Assembly: GCF_000142905.1 (NCBI RefSeq)
Contig: NW_013657609.1
Location: 5,920 to 48,981, forward strand
Direction of reading: 5' to 3'
Origin: Thecamonas trahens ATCC 50062
Lineage: Eukaryota > Protista > Apusomonadida
DNA length: 43,062 nt
Made by a program: the position numbers and the translations under genes. This document shows positions 20,490 to 33,320 of the stretch, piece after piece. The notes below the pieces were generated by a model, which did not search any database, was not told the DNA's origin, and was given only the letters and a program-made list of their open reading frames with translations. Within the stretch, counting starts at the first letter, position 1; every line of letters starts with the position of its first letter.

Positions 20490-23400
20490 CTACGGCCAAC
20501 GCTATCAAGAGCTTGGCGAGCTTTTCCACGCCTTCTTCTCGATCCTCTTGGTCATCATCGTCATCATTGTCATCATCCTCTCCGACTCGATGCTCGTTGT
20601 CGAGTCTTTCGATCCGTCGCCTTCTGTCCGGGTTCACTACTATACCCCCTTGAGTGTCGAGCTGGGTGATAGCTCTGTGCCCGATACAGCGCTGATTGCC
20701 AGACTTGTGGCTTCGTTCAACGACCTGGCGCTGACAAACAGATCGCGGCCGAGCGCTGGGCTGTTCCCGCTCCCACAACCGGCGACAAAAGACGATATTC
20801 TTCCACTGCTCCGTTCGCACGCTCCGCCAGACGTGCTACCTCTCCCGGCTCATCTGTTCGGCATTGCGAGTGATGATCTCTTCGTCTCGCTCGCAGACAT
20901 CTGGGCGAGCTCTGGCCTCGAGTCGTACGCCTTTCGCTCCGTCCGCCGGCGCATGGAGAGCAGCGTTGCCGCGGACCCAGACCTTGTCGCTGTCCCGCTC
21001 GAGGTCTCTGCCGACGTCTGTATGTATTCTTCGCGAACCATAGCAGCTCTCGGTATCGACTCGCCGCCCAACACCCTTGACGACTTGATTGATGCGTGCA
21101 TCATTGCCCGCGCCGCCGACCTCATCTGCCTCTCTGTCACCTCACCGACGCTGCTATTTGACTACCTTGCCCTCCGCTCACATGGCACCGAGTTCTACGC
21201 CTTATTTGTTGCCGCCAACGTCTCGCTCACCGATCCGCGGGTTGTGCATACCTTTGACGACGTGCTCCGGCTCATTGACATCGCCGCCATCGGTCCGTAC
21301 ACTCTGCTCGCCAGCCCTGCCCTCGTCTCCGGTTCGTCCCTCTTTCACTGCGGGCCGTCGTCGCGTGCTGGGGAGTTCGCCAGCTACACCTCGGACCTCG
21401 CCGCCTTTGCCTTCCCCTCGACTCAGTCCGTCTTTGCTACCCGGCCCGAGCTCGAGCCCGCGAAGCTCGGTCTCATTGGCTCGGTCTCTGGTTTGGCCGC
21501 TGCTGCTCGCTCGCCGTTCCGCGACTCGGCACATGCCTTTCTCGCCCACTGTGCACATCCAGCCGTTCTGCATGCTGCTCTCGCGCCCTTGCCGCACATC
21601 GTCTCGCCGCGCTTTGACGTCGCAACCCTGCCCAATGCCACCGTCGCCGCCACCGTCACTACACTCCTCCGCAACCCGCGCCTTGCCTCGCTGCAACATG
21701 CGTCGTCCAGGACGGGTTTTGGTGACCCGCGCCTCGCCACCGAATGGATCGCTCTCCACTCGCTGCTTCTGGCCTCCTCCTCGGTCGCCAATGCCACCCA
21801 CGCGCTCGACATCGCTCTGCCGCGCCTCGATGCCCTTCGCCTTGCATACGTCTTCAACAAGGCCGCAGTCCCCATTGCTTCGCTCTCGTCGGGAACCTAC
21901 TCAGCCCCGATCGAGCTCACCCTCTCGACATTCACTCCAGGCTCAAAAGTCACCATCTACTACGCCATCGACTCGGAAACGGCCTGGAAGCGCTATGTCG
22001 GACCCATCGTCCTCTCCGCGTCCGGCGTCTATATTGTCCACGCCCATACCGTCGTCCGCACCATGACTCCCTCGGATCGGCTCTCGGTCACACTCAACCT
22101 TATCGACAGCCCGAATCCAAGTCGCGCCACTGATCTTCCCGTCTACGTCATCATCCTCATTGTCGTCGCAGTCCTCGTCTGTGTCTTTGGCCTTGTGCTC
22201 ATAGCTGTCTCCTGTGCCCGTCGCTTTGTCTGTCCGTCGGCATCGGTCGGCAGCATGGCCAGCTTGCTTGTTGTTGACGTCGATGACCTTGTCTTTGACT
22301 CATTGCTTGGTAAGACCGCGCTCGGCGATGTCTACCTTGGTCGCATCCATGGCACGCCCGTTACCATGCACCTCACCGCACCAACGAAGCTCCCGCCCAC
22401 AGAGGCAGAGAGGCTCGTTGTCGAAGTCGTTGCCCTCGCAGGCCTCGACCACCCCAACCTGACAGGCATCATCGGCGTCTCCACCTCGCCCACAGTCATT
22501 ATCTACGAGTTTACCCCGCGCGCCTCGCTCCGTGATGTCATCCACACTCACACTCTCACCATCGACTCGTCCATGGTCTTCAAGTGGGCGTTCGAAATGG
22601 CTGCCGCCCTCGCCTTTCTCGCCCGCAACCACACTCTTCACGGCAACTTCTCCTCGTTATGTGTCCACTTTGACGCAGACTGGACTGTCAAGGTCTCCCA
22701 GTTTGGCCTTCACTCGATCCACGCCATCGCTTCCAGCCCGCTTCTCAGCCAGAGCTGGTCGGCATACCGCCGCTCACCGCCGCTTCCATCTCGAGTCTTG
22801 TCACCTCGGCCTCGGTCTCCCACGTCGGCCCGCCTCAACCGTCGGCGACGATCCCGACCCGCTCGTCGCGCGATGTCTCGGACGAGTCTGGTGACGACTC
22901 GCCTGGCCTACGAGTCTCAGTCACAGCGTCGGCCGTATCGGTCTCCGAGCTCGAGGAAGATGTCTGTAGGCTCTCAAGCTCCGCGTCAGAAATGCAAGAG
23001 CATAGCGAAAGCGACTTCATGGTGTCACAAGTCCAGTCGTCGCCATCGTTCGCCTCGCGGACCGAGCCACGTACCGCCATGTCGAGCTCTCGTCTCATAT
23101 CGTCCGAGTCGCTGGTCATAGCCGAGGGTCCGCATACACCATCTCGCGCCGCAGGCGGAAAGGCGCTTCCGTCAACTGCGCCAGCTGCCACACCCACCCT
23201 GTTCTGGACCGCGCCAGAGGTGCTTGCCTCTGGGCGCTCGCTCGTCTCGACCTCGTCGGATGCCTACTCGCTAGCCATTGTCCTCTGGGAGCTCACCACT
23301 CGTGCCCAGCTGTATCAGGGCTTGAATCCAGTCGCTGTCGCCCTCGACGTCATGCATGTCGCCCGACGTCCACCCATCGCAGCAGTTCCGCCACTGTATG

Positions 23401-26400
23401 GACCCATTGCTCCTGTCATCGAGCTCTTGTGGCGTGGCTCGCCCACTGATCGCCTCACCATCGACGCCGCAACTCACGAATTGGGCCACCTTGTCCATCC
23501 CGAGTCGTTCACCTTTCCCGCGTCGATAACCGTTCCACCCGGTGTCGCGCACGTCGTTCACTGTGAGCTCCGCAATGCCGCACGCCTCCTCCTCAGCAAT
23601 CCTCAGGCGGCGCATCGCCTCCTTACCGCTTTCCATGCCGTCATCCCACAGCTCGCACGCTCAGATGGTGCCATCATCTCGGCCTGGGGTATCAACTGGA
23701 TCACGCTCACCTTCAAGTGGCCGCCGGACATTGTAAGCTTTGCCGAAGCCGTCGGCGCCCACACTGCCATCGCAGAACCAGTCACCATCATGGCGGTCAA
23801 GGCCAAGGTCGCCACCACGCTCGACTCGTTCGGTCACCCGTGCCTCTCTGGGCCGGCAATCGACGCGTTGGCCGTCTCTTGGAACATGCTTTTTGGCTCG
23901 GTTGTCTACACCATCCTCGCTGGCATCTCGGCCTCGGCCGCTTCGGCCATGGCCTCGCGCTTGGCTGCGCCTTCGGCCTTGGCCTGGGAACACGGCTTTT
24001 CCGGTGGCCTCTTCGTCGACACCGTCCTTGCCCGCAATCTCGGCTCGTCCGCCAAACTGGTCCACGTTGTCGGCTCGGTCGTCCAGATCGTTATCAAAGG
24101 CCACGTCTCGGTCCACGACATCGCTGAACCTACCAATCTTCCCAGCGGCACCGTGCTCCCAGCTCTACAAGCTAGTAGGCAGAGTACTCGCATGCGATGG
24201 TCGCGGAGCTCGGCCTCGCCTCATCGCTCGCGCTCGCACGCGTCAAGCTCGGCCTCGCCGCACCGTCCGTCAGACGCCTCGGCCTCAGGCGTGGTCCGGG
24301 TCGACAAGCGATTCCACGCTGGCGGTGCCCACATGACTCGTACTACCCCCAATGGCGGACACAAGAAGCGCCGTGCCCGCCGCGTTCATACCCGCCGCGT
24401 CCGTACCCGTATCAAGCACCCAACTGCAGCCACCGATCATCGCTCCGTCAAGACGGGTTCCCGCATGCGTCGCGCCACCGCCCACGTCTCCAAAGATATG
24501 ACCGACGCCGGCCTCTCGGCCACCGCAGCCACAACCCAGGCGGACACAGTCACCCTCCCGATTTACTCCGAGGCGGACGGCACTCACCTTTCTGGCTCAT
24601 CGGCAGTCCAAGGCAGCAAGAGCTCGTCAAGCTCTCGCTCCTCGCTCTCGCCACCATCGATGACATGCTTGCCCACGCCTCCAATCGCTGTCCGCCTCCA
24701 GGAGCCTTCCAACTCGCACTCGCACTCGACCTCGCTGGGCCTAGAGGCATTGATGGGCACCACACGAACTGTTAAGCTCGACTCGGGCACGTCGTCGGCC
24801 GAGGAATCGCCCCGCGTGGCGATGACAACGTCAACCTCTATACTATCGTCTTCCTCGTCTACGTCCAGCCAGGACACCATTCCTGCATGCACGTCCCACG
24901 AGAGAGCTGCAGTCGCGGCCAATGCAAACTCAGAGACCTGTGGCTCGTCATCGCTTGTGCCGTCTCCAGCGCGGTTGCAAGGGAGCTCTTCCTCGTCTTT
25001 GTCTTCGTTCTCATCCGACCCCGCCCAGGCCCCGCCTACCACGCTACCGGATCTCTTCTTTGCTGAGGAGAACGAGTCGGTGGGCGCGGGGAGCTCAGGA
25101 AGCTCGGATCGCTCGGGCTCGCTGACGGCAGACGAAGAGCACGAGTCGGTGGAGAGCTCGGAGACGCCGCTCGGAACCGGCATTGCCGGCCTCAACCGGA
25201 CGCTCTCCGTCAACAACCTCGTGTCGATGGAGGCACGGATCCTCCGCCGCGAAGATGTCGACGCCGTGCTGGCCAAGTCTGGCGTCTCACAGTCCCCGAT
25301 GTGGCGCACTGCATACACGACGGCCTATCTCGGCATGCTCTCGCCGGCCATGGTCAACCTCTCCATGCCGCTGCCAACGCCAAGTGAGCACGGCACGATG
25401 CCGCACTCGCCATCGCCCGGGAGCCGCCCATCCAAGCGCGTAGTGCTTGAAACGGATATGGCGCTGCAAAACTCGCCGGCGCTCCTCGGCTCGCACATGT
25501 TTGTGCCTCATCCGCGCGACGTGGCGACAGCCTCGATGAGCAGCATCGTCACATCGCTGGCACCGGCTTGGACCTTCGCAAATCGTCCGCAAGCCGGAGA
25601 GTGAGCAAGAGCAAGCCGCCGCTGCTGCCGCCGCTACTGCTGTCGTACCTGTGGTGGTCAAGGTGCTGGAGCGCCAGTCAGCGACACCGATGGAGCTTAT
25701 GAATGTGGCCGAGGCGCTGGCGACGGCGTCCAACTACGCCAGGACTTCGCGTCGGCTCGTCGGTCCGCTGGCCTTTTGCCTCGACATCCCGCGGCTGGCG
25801 TACATAGAGCGGCTGTATCCGGGCCAGTCGCTGGCCCAGCTCCTCGCGCTTCCAGCTCCGCCACCGAGTGCGCTCGCTGCAGTCGCGCGCGGAATGGTGC
25901 GCTCGCTCATGCGACTGTACGCAGCGCAGCCGCGCGAGCGCCAAGGCCACGGCGCACTGCGTCCGTCCAACGTCCTGCTGGTGGTCACCGACTCTGTGCC
26001 TCGAGCGGTCGTTGACGCCCACATCTCGGGCTTTGGACTCGCGAGCCTGCAGACGATGACGTCGCGGGCGACGGTGCTCCCGCTGGTCCAGTACCTCGCG
26101 CCGGAGCAGATTCGCGGCGAGGTGCAGCAGTCAGTCACGAGCGACGTCTTTATCCTCGGCTCCATCCTCTACGAGATGGCCTCGGGTTTCAGAGCCTTTG
26201 ATGGCTCGGATCCACTCGAGGTCAGCGTCCGCATCTCGGCCGGCCTTGCACCCGACCCAGAGCCAGTCTCCATTCCCTCGTCGCGGCTGAGAAACCTCAT
26301 CGCCTCGTGCTGGGCCACCTCCCCTGAGCAGCGGCCCTCCATCGCCGAGGTTACCACCATTGTCACCTCGTGCTCGCCGCACGACTTTGCCCGTGGCGCA

Positions 26401-26445
26401 CACAAGCCCGTGGCCTCGCCCTCGCCCTCGGACCACGTGGTGTAG
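20263..26445 (+). CDS. Receptor-like pseudokinase: signal/anchor, solute-binding-protein-like ectodomain, Fn3-associated/CHB_HEX_C-like domain, TM, kinase-like, degenerate cyclase-like, Ser-rich linker, second kinase-like domain
   Basis: Three ORFs (20263-23121, 22992-25604, 25651-26445) give collinear domains: VAVPLEVSADVCMYS..LGIDSPPNTLDDL; SGTYSAPIELTLS..IYYAID..YVGPIVL; TM; HGNFSS..VKVSQFGL; FWTAPEVL..SDAYSLAIVLWEL; HGALRPSNVLL..QYLAPEQIRG..SDVFILG..CWATSPEQRP. Frame changes at ~22750 and ~25540-25600. The true start may be ATG 20482. Confidence 0.75.
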
Positions 26446-26547
26446 AAGGTGATAGCCGAGCCATGATGGACGTGGTAGTGTGCTTGGATGCGTAGTGTGT
26501 AAACAGTTTGTTGGCCTCGTCCCTCGCTACCTGTCCTCCCTGCCCCC

Positions 26548-29423
26548 TCACCGGGCCGTCTCGGAGCTCGAGTCGAGCACCGATGACTGGACCGATGACT
26601 CGCCGCCGCCGCCGCCGCTCATCAGCGCGGTTATGACCATGGGTGAGATGCCCGGTAGCGCCGGCGATGGTGCTCGCGAGTTGGTCCGTGACACCGTCCG
26701 TGACGTTGCTCGCGATCCAATGGGCGTCAGCAGCGGGGTGCGCATGCCGACGGCTGCAGGCGGGTCGGCGTCCAAAGCCGACTTGCCCGGCTGCAAGCAC
26801 GCGAGGCTGATGTCGTTCGATCCTCCGTCCATCACTGCCATCGCTGACGTCGCCGACATTGCCGACGCCTCCTCGTCACTGCCTAGCCCGGGCCGGAGCG
26901 CAGAGCGCCGTCGCCCGCGCACGGCGTAGATGGCGGCGGCAGCGGCAGCTAGGAGCAGAAGCAGACCGCCGATGAGGGCGTAGAGGCCCCTGGCGGTGGG
27001 CGAGGTGAGATCCGACCAAATCTGCGGGGACGAGGAGCTGCCTTGGGCTTCTGCGAGGTGTGAGCCCTGGTTGCCGTTGCCTGCGGCAGCGTTGGGCAGA
27101 CAGGTCGGGCGGACAAAGGCGATGATGCCGTTCCACGCCGCCACCACGCCGAGGATGGGCACGACTCCGCCCGATGCGGCGAGACCCGATGGGCGGCTTG
27201 TTCCTTGTCCCGCTGGCCATGCCGCCGATGGGAGGTAGCTCGTGGGAAAGGCGATGGTGTCGATCTCGTCCATGGCGTGAAGCATCAGAGATGTCACCGG
27301 CGTCGTCGCCGTCATCGTCACCTTTGCCACGACCACCGCCTCGGGCGTACCGACCTGGATGACGCGGATAGCGGCCCATGCCAAGGCCTCGCCGCTGGAG
27401 GCGGTGATCGGCTCGATGGCGATGGAGACCGGCTCGATGGCGTCGCCACCGATGAGCAGCGGCGGGCCGGTCGTCACGCTGGTTGCTGTCGCCCCATAGC
27501 TGATGACAGTGTGGAGGGAGCTTGGGTTTGGAATGACAACAAGGCCGATGACGTCGTCGGTGCCCGCGATGGCTGCGATGGGCGAGAAGACGCCGCCGGA
27601 GCCAAAGGCGAGGAGCGGCGAGATGGCGGCGGGCCAGGAGGAGGTCAGCGGGAGCAGATCGCGCGAGACGATGACGGCCTTGTCTCCGGCAGCGTCAACA
27701 ATGAGGGTGTGGATTCTGGTGGTGCCAAGCGCGGTGGCCATGGTCCGCGGTGAGGTCAAGTTGGCGGCACCGGTGGCGAAGTTGGGCACGATGGTGAGGC
27801 CGGCGGCGCCGATGCCGCTGCCGTCGAGCGGGACATGGATGAGCACGTTGTCGCCGCCCATGACGGCCGAAAGGTACATGGAGATGGACGATGTGGCATG
27901 TGCGAGGCCGACGACGTCGAGGAGGGCGTCGATCGGGCCGATGGTGTCCAACTCGACCGTGGCGAGCTTGAAGACCCCACAGAGGCCCGAGACCGCCGAG
28001 TCGAGGATGAACATGGTGACGACGGGCCGGCGATAGGGCGTATCCGAGATGGTGTCGCCGGCAAAGCGGGTGCCGGCTACCGAGGTGACGACAGCTAGGC
28101 CATCGGCGCCAAAAGTGAAGCAGTGCGCGCCGCGGACGTCCCCGTGGAGGACCATCGAGCCCACAATAGCCGAGTTGGCGTCGCGGGTGACGACATGGAC
28201 GCCATCGCCCTGGGCCGTGCACGTGGTCACAGCGCCCGGGCCGGCCGCCGACGAGGCGAGGAGGACCAGCGAAGGCGCGTCGCTGGGCGATGCCGGCGTC
28301 TCGGCCATCACCAACTTCTCGCCGGTGAGCTCGTTGCAGAGCGATGCCACGGAGCTGCACGGTGATGGGCCCGGGGGCGGAGGAGGCGATGGCGATAGGG
28401 GTGGAGGGGGCGATGGCGGCGGAGGGGGTGATGGCGGCGGAGGGGGCGATGGCGGCGGAGGGGGAGGAGGGGGTGATGGCGGCGGAGGGGGCGATGGCGG
28501 TGGAGGGGGAGGGGGCGACAACGGCAAAGGTGGAGGAGGATGGCGGCTCTTGCTGCCCTTGCTGCCCTTGCTCCTCTTGCTGCTCCTCTTGCTGCTCTTG
28601 TCGATCGTAGCCTTGCTGCCCTTCTTGCTCCCCTTGCTGCTCTTGCTCCTCTTGCTGCTCCTCTTGCTGCTCTTGTCGATCGTAGCCTTGCTGCCCCTCT
28701 TGCTCCCCTTGCTGCTCTTGCTCCTCTTGCTGCTCCTCTTGCTGCTCTTGTCGATCGTAGCCTTGCTGCCCTTCTTGCTCCCCTTGCTGCTCTTGCTCCT
28801 CTTGCTGCTCCTCTTGCTGCTCTTGTCGATCGTAGCCTTGCTGCCCCTCTTGCTGCTCGTCGCTTGCTTCGAAGCCTTACACTGCGACGAGTCGCGCTTC
28901 TTCCGCGATAACTTTGTGCGGCTCGGCTTCTTCCCGACAGAGGTTCGAGATAGCATGCTTGTCTCTGCCGCTTGCTTCTCTTGTTGCCATGCCTGAACCA
29001 CGTCCAATGGAGGGATGCGATAAGTATGGGCTGCGGCGGACACGCCCAAAAAAATATAGTTTGTTCCGCCTTTTTTCACCCGCGCGCCACGACCACGCGC
29101 TTGTAGCATGGGATACTGAAGGGATTGAAGGAATCGAGGGCTTCTTCCGTAGCTCTCTGGCATGACAAGTAGAGTAGGTAACGTACAAGTGCAACGAGAG
29201 TGAGAGTCTTGTCGTTCTCCTCGTTGTTGCGCATGTGGAACGGTTTGGGACGGCGGAGAAGTTGTTCGTTGGCTGGGAAAGTGTGGGATACGAGGAGAGA
29301 GCGCACCTGCAACGGCTTCTCACCGCCATCACGCGCCGCCACACACACGCCCATCGCCATACACATACATGCCACCGCCATCAGTGGCCATGCCCCGCCT
29401 TGACGTAAGTGCATCGTCGACAT
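26548..29423 (-). CDS. Two-exon type I membrane/surface protein with Lys/Ser repeats and Ser-Pro(n) stalk
   Basis: Exon 1 is 29423 (or 29381) to 29187 and encodes signal-like MAVACMCMAMGVCVAA. A phase-0 GTACGT...TTCAG intron (29186-28993) joins it in frame to exon 2 (28992-26548), which has K/S repeats, SPPPP repeats, a beta-rich domain and TM LYALIGGLLLLLAAAAAAIYAV-RGRRR. Confidence 0.7.
28550..28857 (-). repeat. 75-bp coding tandem repeat (~4 copies), GSKATIDKSSKRSSKRSKSSKGSK(K/R)
   Basis: tcgatcgtagcc at 28601, 28676, 28751 and 28826. Confidence 0.9.
28993..29186 (-). other. Predicted spliceosomal intron (194 nt)
   Basis: GTACGT donor, CAG acceptor, AT-richer content; splicing supplies the missing signal peptide in frame. 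Confidence 0.6.
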
Positions 29424-29639
29424 CAATGCGTGCTCTTAGCCTGGTCTCAGTCAGAGTCGAGTGACTGCCGCCGCCAGCAGTTGCTTGCCAGCCGGCGCTC
29501 CATCACGCACCACATCATGCGCCCATGCGCCACTAGCCCGAGCATTCTCTGGCACTCGTACGCCACGAACTTGTCCGCCCCAGCATCCCCCACTCGATCA
29601 CAACTACACCACAACCACAACCATAACCATCAGTACACG

Positions 29640-29642
<3 letters not shown>

Positions 29643-29692
<50 letters not shown>
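29643..29692. repeat. (CA)25 microsatellite
   Basis: Direct inspection; lies between two divergent genes. Confidence 0.95.
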
Positions 29693-29698
<6 letters not shown>

Positions 29699-29996
29699 GC
29701 CATAATATCCCATCCCCCTGCGCTACTACCGCCATCGCTCGCTCCATCGCCGGCGCCATTCACACCCGCTACGAGCGCATCGCTCCGACCGCCACCAAAA
29801 AAAAAAAAGAATTGACAACGGGCTCGCACACACAGTGCTTGCGGCCCAGAGTGACCCAAGCGACTCGAGCAGCGACAGCAGTATCGACCACCTATCTCAG
29901 CCCGCCACAGACCGAAGGGGAGTGCGGAGAGAAAGTACCACAGCGACGTCGTGCTCGCAAGTAGGGAACCAAGAGAACGGACAACGCGTTGGAAGT

Positions 29997-32276
29997 ATGG
30001 CTTCGGCTCATGTGACGCAGGCAAACGCGACAACGAGAATGACTCGGAGGGAGATGCAGGCTCGAGTTGGTCGCCGAACAAAGATTGGTGAGTTTTGCAG
30101 CGGATTTTTTTTTGATTTTGAGGGGAGGAGGGGGGGGAAGGCAGGGATTCATCCCTTCCTTGTGCCGCCGCCTCTCTCTCTCGACATACATGCTACTGTC
30201 AATGTAAACCATGCAATGGCCACCTCTGTGGGTATGGTCTTGCCTTTCTCTGGCGTTTCTCTCGGTCAATACCGGCTGCCGCGCAGGAGTCGGCCGGGAA
30301 AAAGTAGCCCTCGTCACTGGACCCCCTCCCCCCCCCCCCCCTGCTGATGTGATGGCTACACAAGCTCGACTCGCTATAGCCCGCACCAGCACGCCTTGCG
30401 ATTGTAGCACCCATACTTGCTCCTTGTTTGCTCATCTTCTTTGGTCCCCCGCTGCCGCCATGCCTGCGGCGATACGCCAATGTTTTTTTCACTGGACGCT
30501 CACTCACGCCTCCTCGCCACCTCAGTTGCCACCCTGGGCCCAGCATCATGGCCGCTGATTCCCGAACTGCTCCGAGCAGGCGTCAACGTGTTCCGGGTCA
30601 ACTTTTCCCACATCGATGTGACCAACAAGGAGCACACAGCGACGACGCTGGCGACGCTGCAGACGATCCGGTCAGCAGCCGAAGAACTTGGACTTGGCGA
30701 CTCGGTGGGAGTCCTTGCCGACCTCTGCGGACCCAAGGTGCGATGCAACGGGTTTGCCGCTCCCGGCACCATCATGCTCACCGCCGGCGAGTCGGTCGTC
30801 CTTGAGGCGAGCGACGACGACGGCGAGCCGGGCATCATCCGCACCGGCATCTACGATCTGGTCGCCGAGCTGAGCGTGGGCCACAGAGTCCTCCTTGACG
30901 ACGGCATCATGGCGCTCGAGGTCCACCGCCGCGAGAGTGAGAATCGCGTCGTGTGCGAGGTCAAGGTCGGCGGCGTGCTCAAGGCCAACAAGGGCATCAA
31001 CGTGCCAGACCTGGCGGTGGCAGGCATCAAGGCACTGACCGACAAGGATAGGGCGGACGCAGCCTGGATTGTTGCCCACGCGCCCGAGCTTGTTGACTAC
31101 TTTGCGCTCTCGTTTGTGCAGCGTCCTGAAGACGTGTTCGAGCTCCGCACGCATCTGGCGAACCTCGTCAACGGCAACGACACCGATGCTGATGCCAACC
31201 AGCCCGTGTGGGGCATCATCGCCAAGATCGAAAAGCCGCAGGCTGTGGAGGCCATCGTCGACATCGTCGGCGTTGCCGACGGCGTCATGGTCGCTCGTGG
31301 CGACCTCGGCATCGAGTGCGAGCTCCACCGCGTCCCGCGCATGCAGAAGCGCATCATCGAGGTCGCCAACCTCGCAGGCAAGCCCGTCATCACCGCCACC
31401 CAGATGCTCGAGTCAATGCAGCAGGCCCCAACTCCCACCCGCGCCGAAATTGCCGATGTCGCCAACGCCATCTTTGACGGCACAGACGCCGTCATGCTCT
31501 CGGGCGAGTCGGCCGTCGGCAAGTATCCCATCGAGGCCGTGGCCACCATGGTCCGCGTCGCCCGCGACGCCGAGATCGACCACGCCCGCATCCATGTCCC
31601 TTCCGTCGTCCAGAAGGACATTCACGCCTTTATGCGCACATCGCGCCCGTCTGTCACCCTCGACACTGCCGAGCGGACCGCCGCCCTCGGCGTCGCCGCC
31701 GTCCTCACGGCCTCGTTTGTCGGCGCTCACGGCATCGTCGTCCTCCCAGCCACCACCGACTACAACTCGGTCCTCCTCGTGGCGTGCACCCGACCCAAGC
31801 CCAAAGCCCTTATCATCGCCGTCGAGCATTCGCGCCGCTCGGTCCGTCGCCACATCCTCTGCGGCGGCGTCTTTCCGCTCTACGTCCCGCCATACACCTC
31901 GGCCGACGATGCCATGGTCAAGGTCGAGGCATCCATCGCCGCCTTTCATCTCGTCGACGACTATGACTCACTCGTCATCTGCTCCGCCTTTCACCGCACC
32001 TACCCGCTCCTCTCCAATCTTGTCCGTATCTACGAGTTTGGCGAGGCCTCGCGCGCTCTCGTCGCCCGCGGCCGCTGGGCCGCCGCCGTCGACTTTGTCC
32101 GCGCTCACTCGGCCGACATCGCGCACATCGACGACTCGCCGCCGCTCTCTTCATCTCCCTCCACCATTGCCGATCATGCCGCTGCTGCTGGTGCTCCACC
32201 TCTTGTCTCCTCCGCAACTGCCTCGGCCTCATCTGCCGCGCATTCAGGTCTGGCCGTCTCCGAGCCGTCGCTATGA
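29997..32276 (+). CDS. pyk: Pyruvate kinase (two exons: 29997-30087 and 30526-32276)
   Basis: Splicing restores [13 protein letters not shown]. Other motifs: [64 protein letters not shown]. Confidence 0.95.
30088..30525 (+). other. Spliceosomal intron (438 nt) in pyruvate kinase
   Basis: AAGATTG|GTGAGT donor and CTCAC...CTCAG|TTGCC acceptor; the junction yields the conserved TKIVATLGP. Confidence 0.9.
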
Positions 32277-32764
32277 GTCTTGTGGCAAATTTTGGTGATC
32301 AATCGCAACTGCTCGTCTGCCCCACATCACCCCACTCTCCACAGCCATCGTAAAGCCACAACCTGACTGTGCTCGTCACCCCCCTACTGCAGGCATCCTC
32401 TGTCTCTACCCATACATACTTGGGCAATCCATCATCTTCGGCATGAGCCTCACGGATCAGGTGCCGAGCTCCATCTATGCCTACCTTGTTTGCAATGAGA
32501 GGAAGAGGCGCACGCGGTGCAGCACTTCAAGAGCATTTGAAGACCGATGTCGCACTATATCGTCGCCCACATCATCTACAGAGGGCATACATTGCCCGCC
32601 GCCGTTGTCAGCACATCTCCTTCACCGCTCCGCCGCGACTGGCAACCGCGTACGCACAGATCCGCCTCCAACCCGCCGCCATCATCGAGCCATCCCACAT
32701 CATCTACATCACTCGCTTCACTCCAGCGCATCAAACACAGCAGCAAACTGCCGTCATCAAATGA

Positions 32765-33320
32765 ATGCGTTTGTTGCCCAGCGTAGCGGACTCCGCCTGC
32801 CGCCACTGGCCCGCTCCGCCCCGCTCCGCCCCGCACCCACGACCCGCCAGCGTCCCCCTCCCCCAAGCCCCCTCCCACCACTTCCTCTCCTACTCACAGA
32901 CGCATACGCACAAAGGGCACTCCAGCAACCACCCCTCCTCGCTCCCTCCGTTCCGCCGCCTACACTCGGACACGCCCGACTCGTCTCCGCTCGGTGACAT
33001 CCTTGAGGATCTGCCGTCGCCGTCGGCGGCCTCTGGGACCGACTCTCCCGAAATGCTCGACAGCACTAGCTCGGGCTCGTATCCGATCCCCATCCGTGTC
33101 GGTCGCTCACGGAAGCTGCCCGAGCCCGTGGACCGCGGTGCACCCGGCGTCCCGCCGCGGGCGTCGTCGGCTACCCCGCCGCACTCAGCGTCGTCCTCAG
33201 GCGCCGCTCCGTGGCGAGTGCTCGTCAACTCGGTCCGCTCACCACGTACGCCCCGCACACCTATCATTTGCACGTCCGTGCCTCCAGGGTTCACCGCTCG
33301 CAACCTGCTCGTCTACCTCG
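32765..33320 (+). CDS. Possible Ser/Pro-rich hypothetical protein fragment, cut by gap 33321-33420
   Basis: Open frame with genome-like codon usage from ~32900. No clear start and no recognisable domain. Confidence 0.25.

Noticed and set aside
28049-28996. Poly-Leu 315-aa ORF on the + strand
   Set aside because: Antisense shadow of the Lys/Ser and Pro repeats of the minus-strand gene.
30417-30525. ORF-track N-terminus of pyruvate kinase
   Set aside because: Lies inside the intron; the conserved RRTKI is on the upstream exon.
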